A stretch of 64,000 bases of DNA from Selaginella moellendorffii. Taxonomy: Eukaryota; Plantae; Lycopodiophyta. Position 1 is the stretch's first letter. Each line of letters opens with the position of its first letter. Under the pieces are notes generated by a model. It saw nothing but the letters and a program-made list of their open reading frames with translations. It searched no databases and was not told where the DNA came from. The stretch lies in the NCBI RefSeq assembly GCF_000143415.4, contig NW_003314268.1:3046559-3110558 (forward strand). Direction: 5' to 3'. The translations under genes were made by a program, and so were the position numbers. Shown piece after piece: positions 24,740 to 35,720 of the stretch.

Positions 24740-26643
24740 CTCTAATGGGTTTAGCAAGAACTAAACCAAATAAAGAGAAAGAACCACCATAATTAGTTTA
24801 ATAAGTCTCTAAGTTAGAGAGACTATGCTCTTTAGATGATGGGAAAAATATAGTGAGCCTTTGGTATTAAACTGTTGACAAATATTGGCTAGGTGTCAAG
24901 GATGAAAAATGGTAATTCATGATGGGTTTATTTTATAAAATGGTTTATCATTCAATGAAAACATCAAACTTTGTGGAGTTGGGAGACATAAATCCCTAAG
25001 CCCCAAAGTCAAGTAGAAAGGGTGCCACATAGTAGTGGTCAAAGCGGAAGTCCAACAAGCATAACATATATGGACCAAAGGATTCGATTTAGAAAGTCGA
25101 AAGTGGGAGTGGAATTCCAAATGAAATGCTCAAGGGATGAGTACAAAACAATCGGTGAATGAGTCTCTAAAAAGGGACATAAAAAGGACTGACTATGGCA
25201 AGTGTCATAATACATGGAAGTGTCAGGAACAAGTTTGAAAAGGAGTCCAAGAAAGAGTATGAGAAGGACCCGAGATGGAGTCCGAGAAGGACCAAAGATG
25301 GAGTTCGAGATGGACCTGAGAAGGAGTCCGAGATGGAGTCCAAGATGGACCCGAGATAGAGTCAGATATGGACCCAAAAAGGAGTCTGAGATGAAATCCA
25401 AAATGGACCCGAGATGGAGTCTGAGATGGACCCGAGATGGAGTCCGAGATGAATCTGAGATGGAGTTTGAGATGGACCCGAGATGGAGTCCGAGATGGAC
25501 CCCAGATGGAGTTTGAGATGGACTTGAGATTGAGTCTGAGATGGACCGGAGATGGAGCTTGTGGTCAAGTCTGAGATGGAGTCTGAGGTCGAGTCTAAGA
25601 TGGACATGAGATGGAGTACAAGGTCAAGGCCGAGAAAGAGACTGACACCAAGTCTGAGACCGAGTCCGAGTCCAAGTCTGAATTCGAGTCCAATGGTGAA
25701 AGCCCAAAGTGTTTGTCTCCCAAACCCTAAAGGGTTTGGTGAGCTCCAAAAGTATAGTAAGGGGGAGGACTCCAGTGGAGTCAGTTTGGCCAAGAAAGGC
25801 TAATGTGACTAAGGAAGGTTATACCCATGTGTTGGGTGATGATATAACCACTAAGAAGTTCAAGGCTAGAGTAAATATAAATAAACAAGCAGAGTAGCTT
25901 GGTGAAATGTTCAAAAGCCGACACTAGCTTCCTTAAGAAATTAAATGATCAATGCTCCCAATCCAAATGTGGGTGGCATTACCTAGCGTGGCTCATCAGA
26001 ACCTTGCTCTAGCCACATAGCTAGAGCACCCAAAAGCGGAAGGTGGGGGAGAGTACCCACGAAGCTTGCGTAGGACCATGGTGTTTCAAAATGTCATTCT
26101 AAAGTTCTAAATTATGGAAATGAAGAGAAGTAGTCCTCTTGTGGTACGGTCACATGGTGAGGAAATCTTAAAGCTTAATGGGACTCAATGGTCGGGCCCT
26201 TAGGCCTTGATCTAGTGTAGTGTCGACAAGCATGGTAGTGGATGGGGACTTGGTGGAAACTGAAGAAGGGATATTAGAGAAAGGTGTTCTCCATGTCTTC
26301 CAACATTTTAAAGATGCTAAGATGTGATCATAGGATGATCACTCATAAATAAATGGCCTAGTCTTTGAAAGATGGGTCTATGATGTAGGTGGTCTTTGAC
26401 TGTCGATGTAACAAAGGTGAATGGGCATGGCCTTAGCATAATGGGTTGATATCTTAGTGGTACTTTTGGGTGTCGGTCATGGGATCAGACAAGTGCAAAG
26501 GCTAAGTGGCATAGATGTCATTTACAAAGCTAGCATGTTCTAAGTCAAGAATAGGACATATGGAGGTGGTGAGTGAGGCTTTTTCAAGTGGTCAAAGGTA
26601 TGGTTAAGTGACTAAAGTAGAACGGAAAATTTTGTCGCTTACA
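24740..26643 (+). mobile_element. Old truncated family-A element, copy 2 (LTR 24980-26643)
   Basis: Homologue of 11010-13244, lacking the TRIM; ends GCTTACA. Confidence 0.88.
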
Positions 26644-28877
26644 TGATAAAGTGCAAATTAATCAAATACCATTGTCTAACAGACTTAAAATTCAAGCAAG
26701 AGTTAAAAATATATGCTAGAAAAATTTAAAGTATTGAAGCAATTGAGCTTTATAACAAAAACAAAATGATTCAAAAATCTCTAGAATTTTTCAAAACAAT
26801 CTGGGAGTGAGTTATATAATAATAGCATTAGGAGTTTGTTGATCCAAGCCAACACTTCAAATTGCCATTGTAGTGCCTAAGTTATCTTTGAAAAATCACT
26901 TGTTAACCAAAACCACATGAAAACATATATATGGATGAGCATGGTTTACACCATTGTCGCAAATGTGACTTCAGGTATCGAAAGTTACCTGTCGACCAGT
27001 CCTTACGGACACTCTTACCTTACTGCCACGATGGCAAGAGGTTGGTATTGCTGGACCCTTTATCAGCCCCTCTTGTGCTAGTGGAGTTAACTAGGCATTT
27101 TGAGTGTACTTAGACCGGACGAGCATAAGGACGGAATTCCTACGTGTTATTAGCTAAGCATACTTAGCCCGGTAAGGAGTTCCTATCTCGTTTTGTCTTG
27201 CACTGGCTATTGACAAGAACCCTCGCGTATTGAGATTGGTCCCTTAATATCACTGGATGATAGCTTACCGTGTTTGCCAAACACCCTCGCTATCATGCCC
27301 TTTGTGTTAGTCTCATTTCGGTCCCAAATGCTATTTATGGAAAGTGTCTAGATTCGCTCATTTGGCATATCTATGGAATGTAGAGATCGACTCGAACACA
27401 ATGGTGTTCGTCCCGTGTCCAAATTCGCAATCTAAGGACATTCTATATTTAGTAAGTTTCGAGTTTGTCCCAGAGACTAACTCCTGGTACTAAGGGAGGC
27501 TTGGGGTGAAGGCCCAAAGCATGTGTTCCTCAAGGGGGGGGCTGTGGGGGATTCCAAATGTATAGTAGAGAGGTGTGAGACACAAAATCCCTAGGCCCCA
27601 AAGTGGAGCCGGAAGGGCGCCACATGGTAGTGGCCGAAGCGAGAGCCAAACGAGCGTAACACGTTTGGACAAAAAGCTCCGACTTGAAAAGTCAAGAGTG
27701 GGAGTGGAACTCCCAACGAAGTGCTCGGGGAACGAGCACGAAGCGAGCAAAAGGCGAGGCTCCAAAAAGGGACCCAAAAGGACCAACACATGACACGTGG
27801 GAGTGTCCGAGATGGAGTCCGAAGTGGAGTCCGAGGTGGACCCGAGTTGGAGTCCGAAGTGGAGTCCGAGATGGTGTAAGCGACTAATTTTTCCATTCTA
27901 CTTTAGTCACTTAACCACACCTCTGACCACTTGGAGGAGTCTCATTCACAACCGCCATAAGTCCCATTCAGGACTTGGGGCTTGCTAGCCCCGAGAATGG
28001 CATCCATGCCACTCAACCTTTGCACTTGGTCCAAGTGCTCCACGTGTCCGATCCCATGACCGACACCCAAAGGTACCACTGACATCTCGGCCCGTTACGC
28101 TAAGGCCATGCCCATTCACCTTTGCTGCGCAAATGGTCCAATACCACTTGCATCACCATCCCGTCTCTCCAAGACTGGGCCATCTGTCTACGAGGGGTCA
28201 TCCTAGATCCACTCCTTAGCATCCTTAGGATGCCCACAAACCTGGGGAATCACCTTCCCCAAAGTCCCTTTGTCAGTTCCTACCAAGTCCCTTTCTGCCC
28301 CTGGCCGTGTTTGCCAACACTGCCACTGGATCGAGGCCCACAGGCCCGACCACTAAGTCCCACGGTCCTCTGGGACTTCCTCACCACACGACTGTGTCCT
28401 TGGTCACTACCCCAGAGGACTGCTCCTCTTCCTTTCCACAGTCTGGGCCTTTGGGACGACATTTCGGAACACCGTGGCCTTACGCGAGCCACCTGGGTAC
28501 TCTCCCCACCTATCGCCTTTAGGTGCTCTAGCCATGGGCTTAGAGCGAGGTTCCGTTGAGCCACGCCTGGTATCCAAGTAGGTAGTGCCACCCACACTTG
28601 GACTGGGAGCATCGGCCAGTCGATCTCCCGGGGGAACTAGAGCGGGCTCTTGAACACTTCACCAAGCTACCCCGCTTGTCGGTCCGTATTCACTCTAGTC
28701 TTAGACTTCCCAGTGGTCAGTTCATCACCCAACACTGGGTCTGGCCTTCCTGGGCCAAACTGGCCTTTCCTGGCCAAACTGGCTCCACTGCAGTCCTCCC
28801 CCTTACTATACTTTTGGAGCTCACCAAACCCCCCAGGGTCTGGGAGACGAACGCTTTGGGCTTTCACCCTCTCAGGC

Positions 28878-29575
28878 TCCGGACTCGGACTCGGACTCGG
28901 ACTCGGACTCGGACTCGGATTCGGACTTGGACTCGGGCTCGGGCTCGGTCTCGGCCTCGGCCTCAGTCTCGGTCTCGGTCCCGATCTCGGTCTTGGTCTC
29001 GGTCCCGGTCTCGGTCTCGACTTCGGACTCCATCTCGGACTCCATCTCGGACTCCATCTCGGACTCCATCTCGGGTCCATCTCGGGTCCATCTCGGACTC
29101 CATCTTGGACTCCATCTCGGGTCCATCTCGGACTCCATTTCGGGTCCATCTCGGGTCCACCTCGGACTCCATCTCGGACTCCATCTCGGACTCCATCTCG
29201 GGTCCATCTTGGACTCCACTTCGGACTCCAACTCGGGTCCATCTCGGGTCCACCTCGGACTCCACTTCGGACTCCATCTCGGGTCCATCTCGGGTCCACC
29301 TCGGACTCCACTTCGGACTCCATCTCGGACTCCATCTCGGGTCCATCTCGGACTCCACTTCGGACTTCAACTCGGGTCCATCTCGGACTCCACTTCGGAC
29401 TCCAACTCGGGTCCATCTCGGACTCCACTTCGGACTCCAACTCAAGTCCATCTCGGACTCCACTTCGGACTCCAACTCGGGTCCATCTCGGGTCCACCTC
29501 GGACTCCACTTCGGACTCCATCTCGGGTCCATCTCGGGTCCACCTCGGACTCCACTTCGGACTCCATCTCGGACT
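28878..29575. repeat. LTR-internal tandem array: (GGACTC)n, (GGTCTC)n, then 11/12-bp GGACTCCATCTC / GGGTCCATCTC units
   Basis: Directly visible; also at 34845-35410, 35468-35830, 55950-56385, 63470-63880 and, degraded, in the old LTRs. Confidence 0.95.
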
Positions 29576-30960
29576 CTCCCACGTGTCATGTGTTGGTCCT
29601 TTTGGGTCCCTTTTTGGAGCCTCGCTTTTTACTCGCTTCGTGCTCGTTCCTCGAGCACTTCTTTGGGAGTTCCACTCCCGCTCTTGACTTTTCAAGTCGA
29701 AGCTTTTGGTCCAAACGTGTTACGCTCGTTTGGCTCTCGCTTCAGCCACTACCACGTGGCACCCTTTCCGGCTCCACTTTGGGGCCTAGGGATTTTGTGT
29801 CTCACAACTCCACCACCCATAGACGAAGTTCGATGTCCTCATCGAACGGTAAACCCTTTCATAAAGTAACACCCACACGTGTTACCATTTCCATCCTTGG
29901 CACCTAGCCAATCTTTGTCTATAGTTTGACACCAAAGGCTCACCATGCCTTGTCCATCCTTTAAGGAGCGTAGTCTCTCCAACTTAGAGACTGATTGGAC
30001 CACATATAATGGTTCTCTCCTTTTATTGGTTTAGTTCTCGCTAAACCTCTTAGAGACCCTTCTCTAAGTCAATCCCACTACTCCTTCTCGAGTAGTCTCA
30101 ATTTCAATCGATACAACCTCTGCACTTTGGAACTTTGAATTTTGACTCCTTGGAGTCAATTTCCTAGGTGTCTCCGACACCTTGCCTTGCACCTTTTGTG
30201 CAACTCCACTTCCCATCCTAGGAAGTTCTTTACTCGAGGGCACCATCATCCTCTCTTCTATTTCGTGCCAAAGTTCCAGTTATCATACTTTGTGCTAGGG
30301 CTGTTCATGGCCCTATCATTTGGCTACCTTACCGCTCCCTCCCTTGGAGCTTCCACTTTCGCCAAATCGGAGCAATTCGGAATCCATCCTTGGAAACACA
30401 CTTCCTTTCCCGCAATTTGTTAGCGTCCAACACATTAGTGTTCCTCGCCTAACTTTGTCACTTGGATTCCTTCCCAGGGATTCCACGGCCCTATCTTGGC
30501 CACTCATCTTTTTGCTCCTATCCGTTGATTGTTGCACCAAGCAACATCGAATCTCTACCTCCCTCCTTGAGGTATTCTTTTGATTCCATAGCAAAGGCTC
30601 TGCTTTGCCAAGACTAGGGTGTTCACCCCTAGTAAGGCTCTTTTAGCATCTTCTGCTGTGGGCTCTATCCTCGGCCCAACTTTGTGACCCTCTCATGGGT
30701 CTCTTTAGAGACTACTTTCTTTGGACACACTATGCCATCACGATGACATAGCTCATTTCCCTAAGGTGCTTTGGTCACCTTGACCAAGCCACACCATCAT
30801 CAATAGTTCAAATCAACACTTTGAGCTAGGAACCTTATTCCTTAACCCAAACAAGGACTTTATCCTTATTTAGCCACAAGATCACCTAGTGATCTCACCT
30901 CAGCACCTTAACAGGTTTGCCAATAGGTACTAGGTCTTCCAGACCTTTAATTTGTTAACT

Positions 30961-31375
30961 ACGACCCCGGGGGCATCCCCCACACTTGGCGGTGCGGCCA
31001 AGCCAGCCCTTCCGGCCAAGGGTCCATAGCAACTGAGATTAGGTGTCCCCATCTCACTCACCACGTCCTTGGTGCCACTTGCACCAAAGCGTTCAAGTTA
31101 GATATGCCGAGCTTTCACACTAAGCAATCTAACTGTGCATCACGACTCCGAGGCATCCCTCGCTTGGCGGTGTGCCCAAACCAGTCTCCCCACTGAGAGT
31201 CCATGACCACCGAAATATGAGTGTCCTCATATTCCAAACCATCACCACGCCCTAGTGATTTGGGACTCGAACCCAAGCACTAGAGGGTCGGGACTCGAAC
31301 CCAACCTCCGTATATTCATCTACGGACGGCATCACACAAGATGCCTGGCGTGACTCCCCACGCCGGTGCACCAAC
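30961..31375 (-). ncRNA. Putative structured cis-acting RNA domain in the A1 interior
   Basis: Two homologous multi-hairpin modules with different stem sequences but conserved linkers, plus four consecutive hairpins and two GGGTTCGAGTCCC T-arm/B-box motifs; conserved in A2. Confidence 0.55.
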
Positions 31376-34300
31376 TTATTTTTAAAGCGCGCTACAGATC
31401 ACAGCTTAGGAACCTAGTTCCTCCACACTGCCAAGTCCTCTCACTTGACATGTCTGTGATCATGCATGGACTCCTCCATGCTCGGCCCCATGGCCCACCC
31501 TTTTTGAAATTATCACCTTCAACTAGGGTATTTGTTCCCCCGACGTGCCAATCTCGCTTGGCAAGTCCTCTGACCACTGTAACATGGTTCCTGCATAAGC
31601 GTGAAAGTCCTTGACCATCGACTTTCGTTCAAAGCCCTCTCTTTGAACACTCGGGAACTACTTCCCTAACCTTGATAGCTTTGCCTCATGGCAAGCTTCA
31701 AGACCACGCTTCTGCTGCGCCACTCTGATTTCGCGCGTTCCATGAACCATTTACACTTGGCCTTTCTAGGTACTAAGCTACCTAGAATCGTCTTTGGGAA
31801 CCTTGAAGGAACTCTGTCCCTCAGCTTGCTAAGGCCTCCCTTTTTGCAAGCCTTCAAAATGCCACATAGTCTAACATGGACAATTCCATATTTTAGACTC
31901 TCCATGGCATCACGGTTGCTAGCGGCAACACCCTCGAGCCCCCACTTGATTCTCCACTCCTAGCTGGCATAACCAACCTTGGTTACACCCTTTGATTCCT
32001 ATGGTTCGGTTCTATCCCCTTACTTCTTGCTTTTTGGCTTCACACCTTTCCTTTGGTCATTCTCCTCCAGACCAGGAGGATAGCTTTGCACTTTCTATCA
32101 CGCTTTAGCAAGTATTCTTAGGGATGAACCTACCCAATAGCCTAGGGAGTGGTTCCTCAATCCGGGTATGCTCACCTTATAATCCCACACACTGGGATTA
32201 CATTGTTGCTTATGGGCCTTTACATGCCTATCACTAGCCTTGCCAAAATTCCATTTTTGGCTTTGTCCAACTCGGGTAGACAGTCCTCTCCTGTCTCCGC
32301 AACCTTGGACATTTGGATAGCACCTTCTATCCATCATTCGCTAGGGACTTAGTCCCTTGGGCTTTATCCATTGCCCTCGCGACATCAAACACCACCTTCT
32401 GGTGTTCTAGAGTGTCCGGGTGTCCCAATGATGGCTTTCTTGACAATGAGTATTTCCTTTTATGACATTGACTTACTATATCGCAACACAAGCAACTTAT
32501 CCCCCGTAAGGGTATATCCAACTTCCCTATGCTATTAAGAAGTCTTGGGTAGCTACCTTCTACCCGTTTAACCAGTTATTTTGCACCTCTTGCTTAGTTG
32601 CCTCATAGCTGTCAAGTCCTACAACTCATTGCTTGGTGCTTTCACACCTCCATCATTATCTGGGTCACCACACTCCAACTGCATGCTCTGCAGCTTAGGC
32701 TATGCTATTCCCATTTCCATTGGGATTCCTTTGGCAAGGGGTTCTCATGAACCCACCAACATAGCCTCAAGGTATCACACCTTGGCACATTTGGTGTCTC
32801 CACACCATCGGCTCCACGAGCCTACCTCTATGACATTTCCCCTTCGTGTCTAAGTCTTTGCCAAGACCAACACCGCTCTTTCTCATGCCAACCATCCGTT
32901 AGCATTGCACTATAGAGGTCACACACAACTTTATGTCAAAGTTGTTTTCTTCTGGGAACACCTTTCCCATAACTTTAGCATGGCATATTTTGCCATCGAT
33001 GAGATACCCTCTGTTCTCATCCTTGGATCCTATGATCCCCCCCCATCCTTTGTGGGGTACAACACACCTCAGTCCAAATGCTTCCATCAGTCCTTTTAGG
33101 ACCATCCGTTAACTCTACTTGAGTCATCCAGCAGTTTTGGACTTGGTTAATCCACAGACCCGTAAGGTCCTACTTGTGAGGCACTAGCTCACTGGAATAC
33201 ACTTCTTGCATTCCTGTCCTACTCAAAAGGACTATTTTCACAAGTGTTACTCCGACACTTGATTTTGTTCTCTGGGGGCAACCTTTGCCCCTTAGGACTA
33301 CTTGTCCATGTGATGAGAACACCAACTCATCCACTTAATACACCCCCAACTCCTGGGGTTGTTCCAGCATTTATTAGAGGTAGCCCCGGCTACCTTTTCA
33401 AGGGCTTGAGTCCTCTTCCGTATTTGACCTCCCACGGTCATTACTTCTGGTCTCACATTCATGAGCACCAACCTCAACTATATGAGGAAAATCTTGTGAT
33501 TTGGAGTCTTTATCTTTCCCGTGATCCCAACTGTAGTTGTTTACCACAACTACATTAGCCAGTTTGCTAAGTCAAACGCTCATCTGGATCACATCCTCAA
33601 CTTTTTTTTGAGGAAAACCATATACTGTTCCCAAGATCCCAAAGTCGTTCCATTATTGGCCCTTTCCTATCCACCACCTCGTCTACAAGTTCACACATGA
33701 ACTGTAATGGAGAGCCATGTCTTCCCGACTTGCTACTCCTCAAGGATAGGCCCACTCCTCGGACCTTCCGATGCCAACACTAGTGGTGATATACTTGAGC
33801 ACCAATAAAAGTCAGACTAAGGAACAGCTCCGATACCAAATTGTAAGCGACTAATTTTTCCATTCTACTTTAGTCACTTAACCACACCTTTGACCACTTG
33901 GAGGAGTCTCATTCACAACCTCCATAAGTCCCATTCAGGACTTGGGGCTTGCTAGCCCCGAGAATGGCATCCATGCCACTCAACCTTTGCACTTGGTCCA
34001 AGTGCTCCACGTGTCCGATCCCATGACCGACACCCAAAGGTACCACTGACATCTCGGCCCGTTACGCTAAGGCCATGCCCATTCACCTTTGCTGCGCAAA
34101 TGGTCCAATACCACTTGCATCACCATCCCGTCTCTCCAAGACTGGGCCATCTGTCTACGAGGGGTCATCCTAGATCCACTCCTTAGCATCCTTAGGATGC
34201 CCACAAACCTGGGGAATCGCCTTCCCCAAAGTCCCTTTGTCAGTTCCTACCAAGTCCCTTTCTGCCCCTGGCCGTGTTTGCCAACACTGCCACTGGATCG

Positions 34301-34950
34301 AGGCCCACAGGCCCGACCACTAAGTCCCACGGTCCTCTGGGACTTCCTCACCACACGACTGTGTCCTTGGTCACTACCCCAGAGGACTGCTCCTCTTCCT
34401 TTCCACAGTCTGGGCCTTTGGGACGACATTTCGGAACACCGTGGCCTTACGCGAGCCACCTGGGTACTCTCCCCACCTATCGCCTTTAGGTGCTCTAGCC
34501 ATGGGCTTAGAGTGAGGTTCCGTTGAGCCACGCCTGGTATCCAAGTAGGTAGTGCCACCCACACTTGGACTGGGAGCATCGGCCAGTCGATCTCCCGGGG
34601 GAACTAGAGCCGGCTCTTGAACACTTCACCAAGCTACCCCGCTTGTCGGTCCGTATTCACTCTAGTCTTGGACTTCCCAGTGGTCAGTCATCACCCAACA
34701 CTGGGTCTGGCCTTCCTGGGCCAAACTGGCCTTTCCTGGCCAAACTGGCTCCACTGCAGTCCTCCCCCTTACTATACTTTTGGAGCTCACCAAACCCCCC
34801 AGGGTCTGGGAGATGAACGCTTTAGGCTTTCACCCTCTCAGGCTCCGGACTCGGACTTGGACTCGGACTCGGACTCGGACTCGGATTCGGACTCGGACTC
34901 GGGCTCGGGCTCGGTCTTGGCCTTGGCCTCGATCTCGGTCTCGGTCCCGA

Positions 34951-34982
<32 letters not shown>

Positions 34983-35688
34983 CCGGTCTCGGTCTCGACT
35001 TCGGACTCCATCTCGGACTCCATCTCGGACTCCATCTCGGGTCCATCTCGGGTCCATCTCGGACTCCATCTCGGACTTCATCTCGGGTCCATCTCGGACT
35101 CCATCTTGGACTCCATTTCGGGTCCATCTCGGGTCCACCTCGGATTCCATCTCGGACTCCATCTCGGGTCCATCTCGGACTCCATCTCGGACTCCATTTC
35201 GGGTCCATCTCGGGTCCACCTCGGACTCCATCTCGGACTCCATCTCGGGTCCATCTCGGACTCCACTTCGGACTCCAACTCGGGTCCATCTCGGGTCCAC
35301 CTCGGCCTCCACTTCGGACTCCATCTCGGGTCATTCCCGGGTCCACCTCGGACTCCACTTCGGACTCCATCCCGGACTCCATCTCGGGTCCATCTCGGAC
35401 TCCACTTCGACATGGCACCCTTTCCGGCTCCACTTTGGGGCCTAGGGATTTTGTGTCTCACAGAAGGACCCGAGATGGACCCGAAATGGAGTCCGAGATG
35501 GAGTCCGAGATGGACTCGAGATGGACCCGAGATGGAGTGCGAGATGGAGTTCGAGATGGAGTCCGAGATGGACCCGAGATGGAGTCCGAGATGGAGTCCG
35601 AGATGGACCTGAGATGGACCCAAAATGGAGTCCGAGATGGACCCGAAATAAAGTCCGAGATGGAGTCCGAAGTCGAGACCGAGACCGG

Positions 35689-35720
<32 letters not shown>

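Larger units (their letters stand above)
27875..35462 (-). mobile_element. Family-A LTR retrotransposon A1, non-autonomous. 5' LTR 35462-33842, 3' LTR 29806-27875
   Basis: LTR pair ~1% divergent in unique parts (by eye); PBS TGGTATCGGAGC at 33838-33827; PPT GGGTGGTGGAGT at 29818-29807; TSD GATGG/GAAGG; 4-kb interior lacks intact gag-pol. Confidence 0.92.

Noticed and set aside
28878-29575. CRISPR-like appearance of the regular short repeats
   Set aside because: No unique spacers, eukaryotic context, no cas genes.
27875-29806. Retrozyme-type hammerhead ribozyme in the LTRs
   Set aside because: No CTGANGA...GAAA core with flanking stems found by eye in either LTR family.
28598-29907. Long overlapping ORFs (326-423 aa) rich in SR/SD/GL repeats, also at 34617-36112 and 55776-56774
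   Set aside because: Open in nearly all frames because they run through the stop-free LTR tandem array; not protein genes.
31262-31372. A bona fide tRNA (Sec-like) gene
   Set aside because: It has a T-arm and three other arms but no convincing acceptor stem or 7-nt anticodon loop; kept only as a tRNA-like structure.
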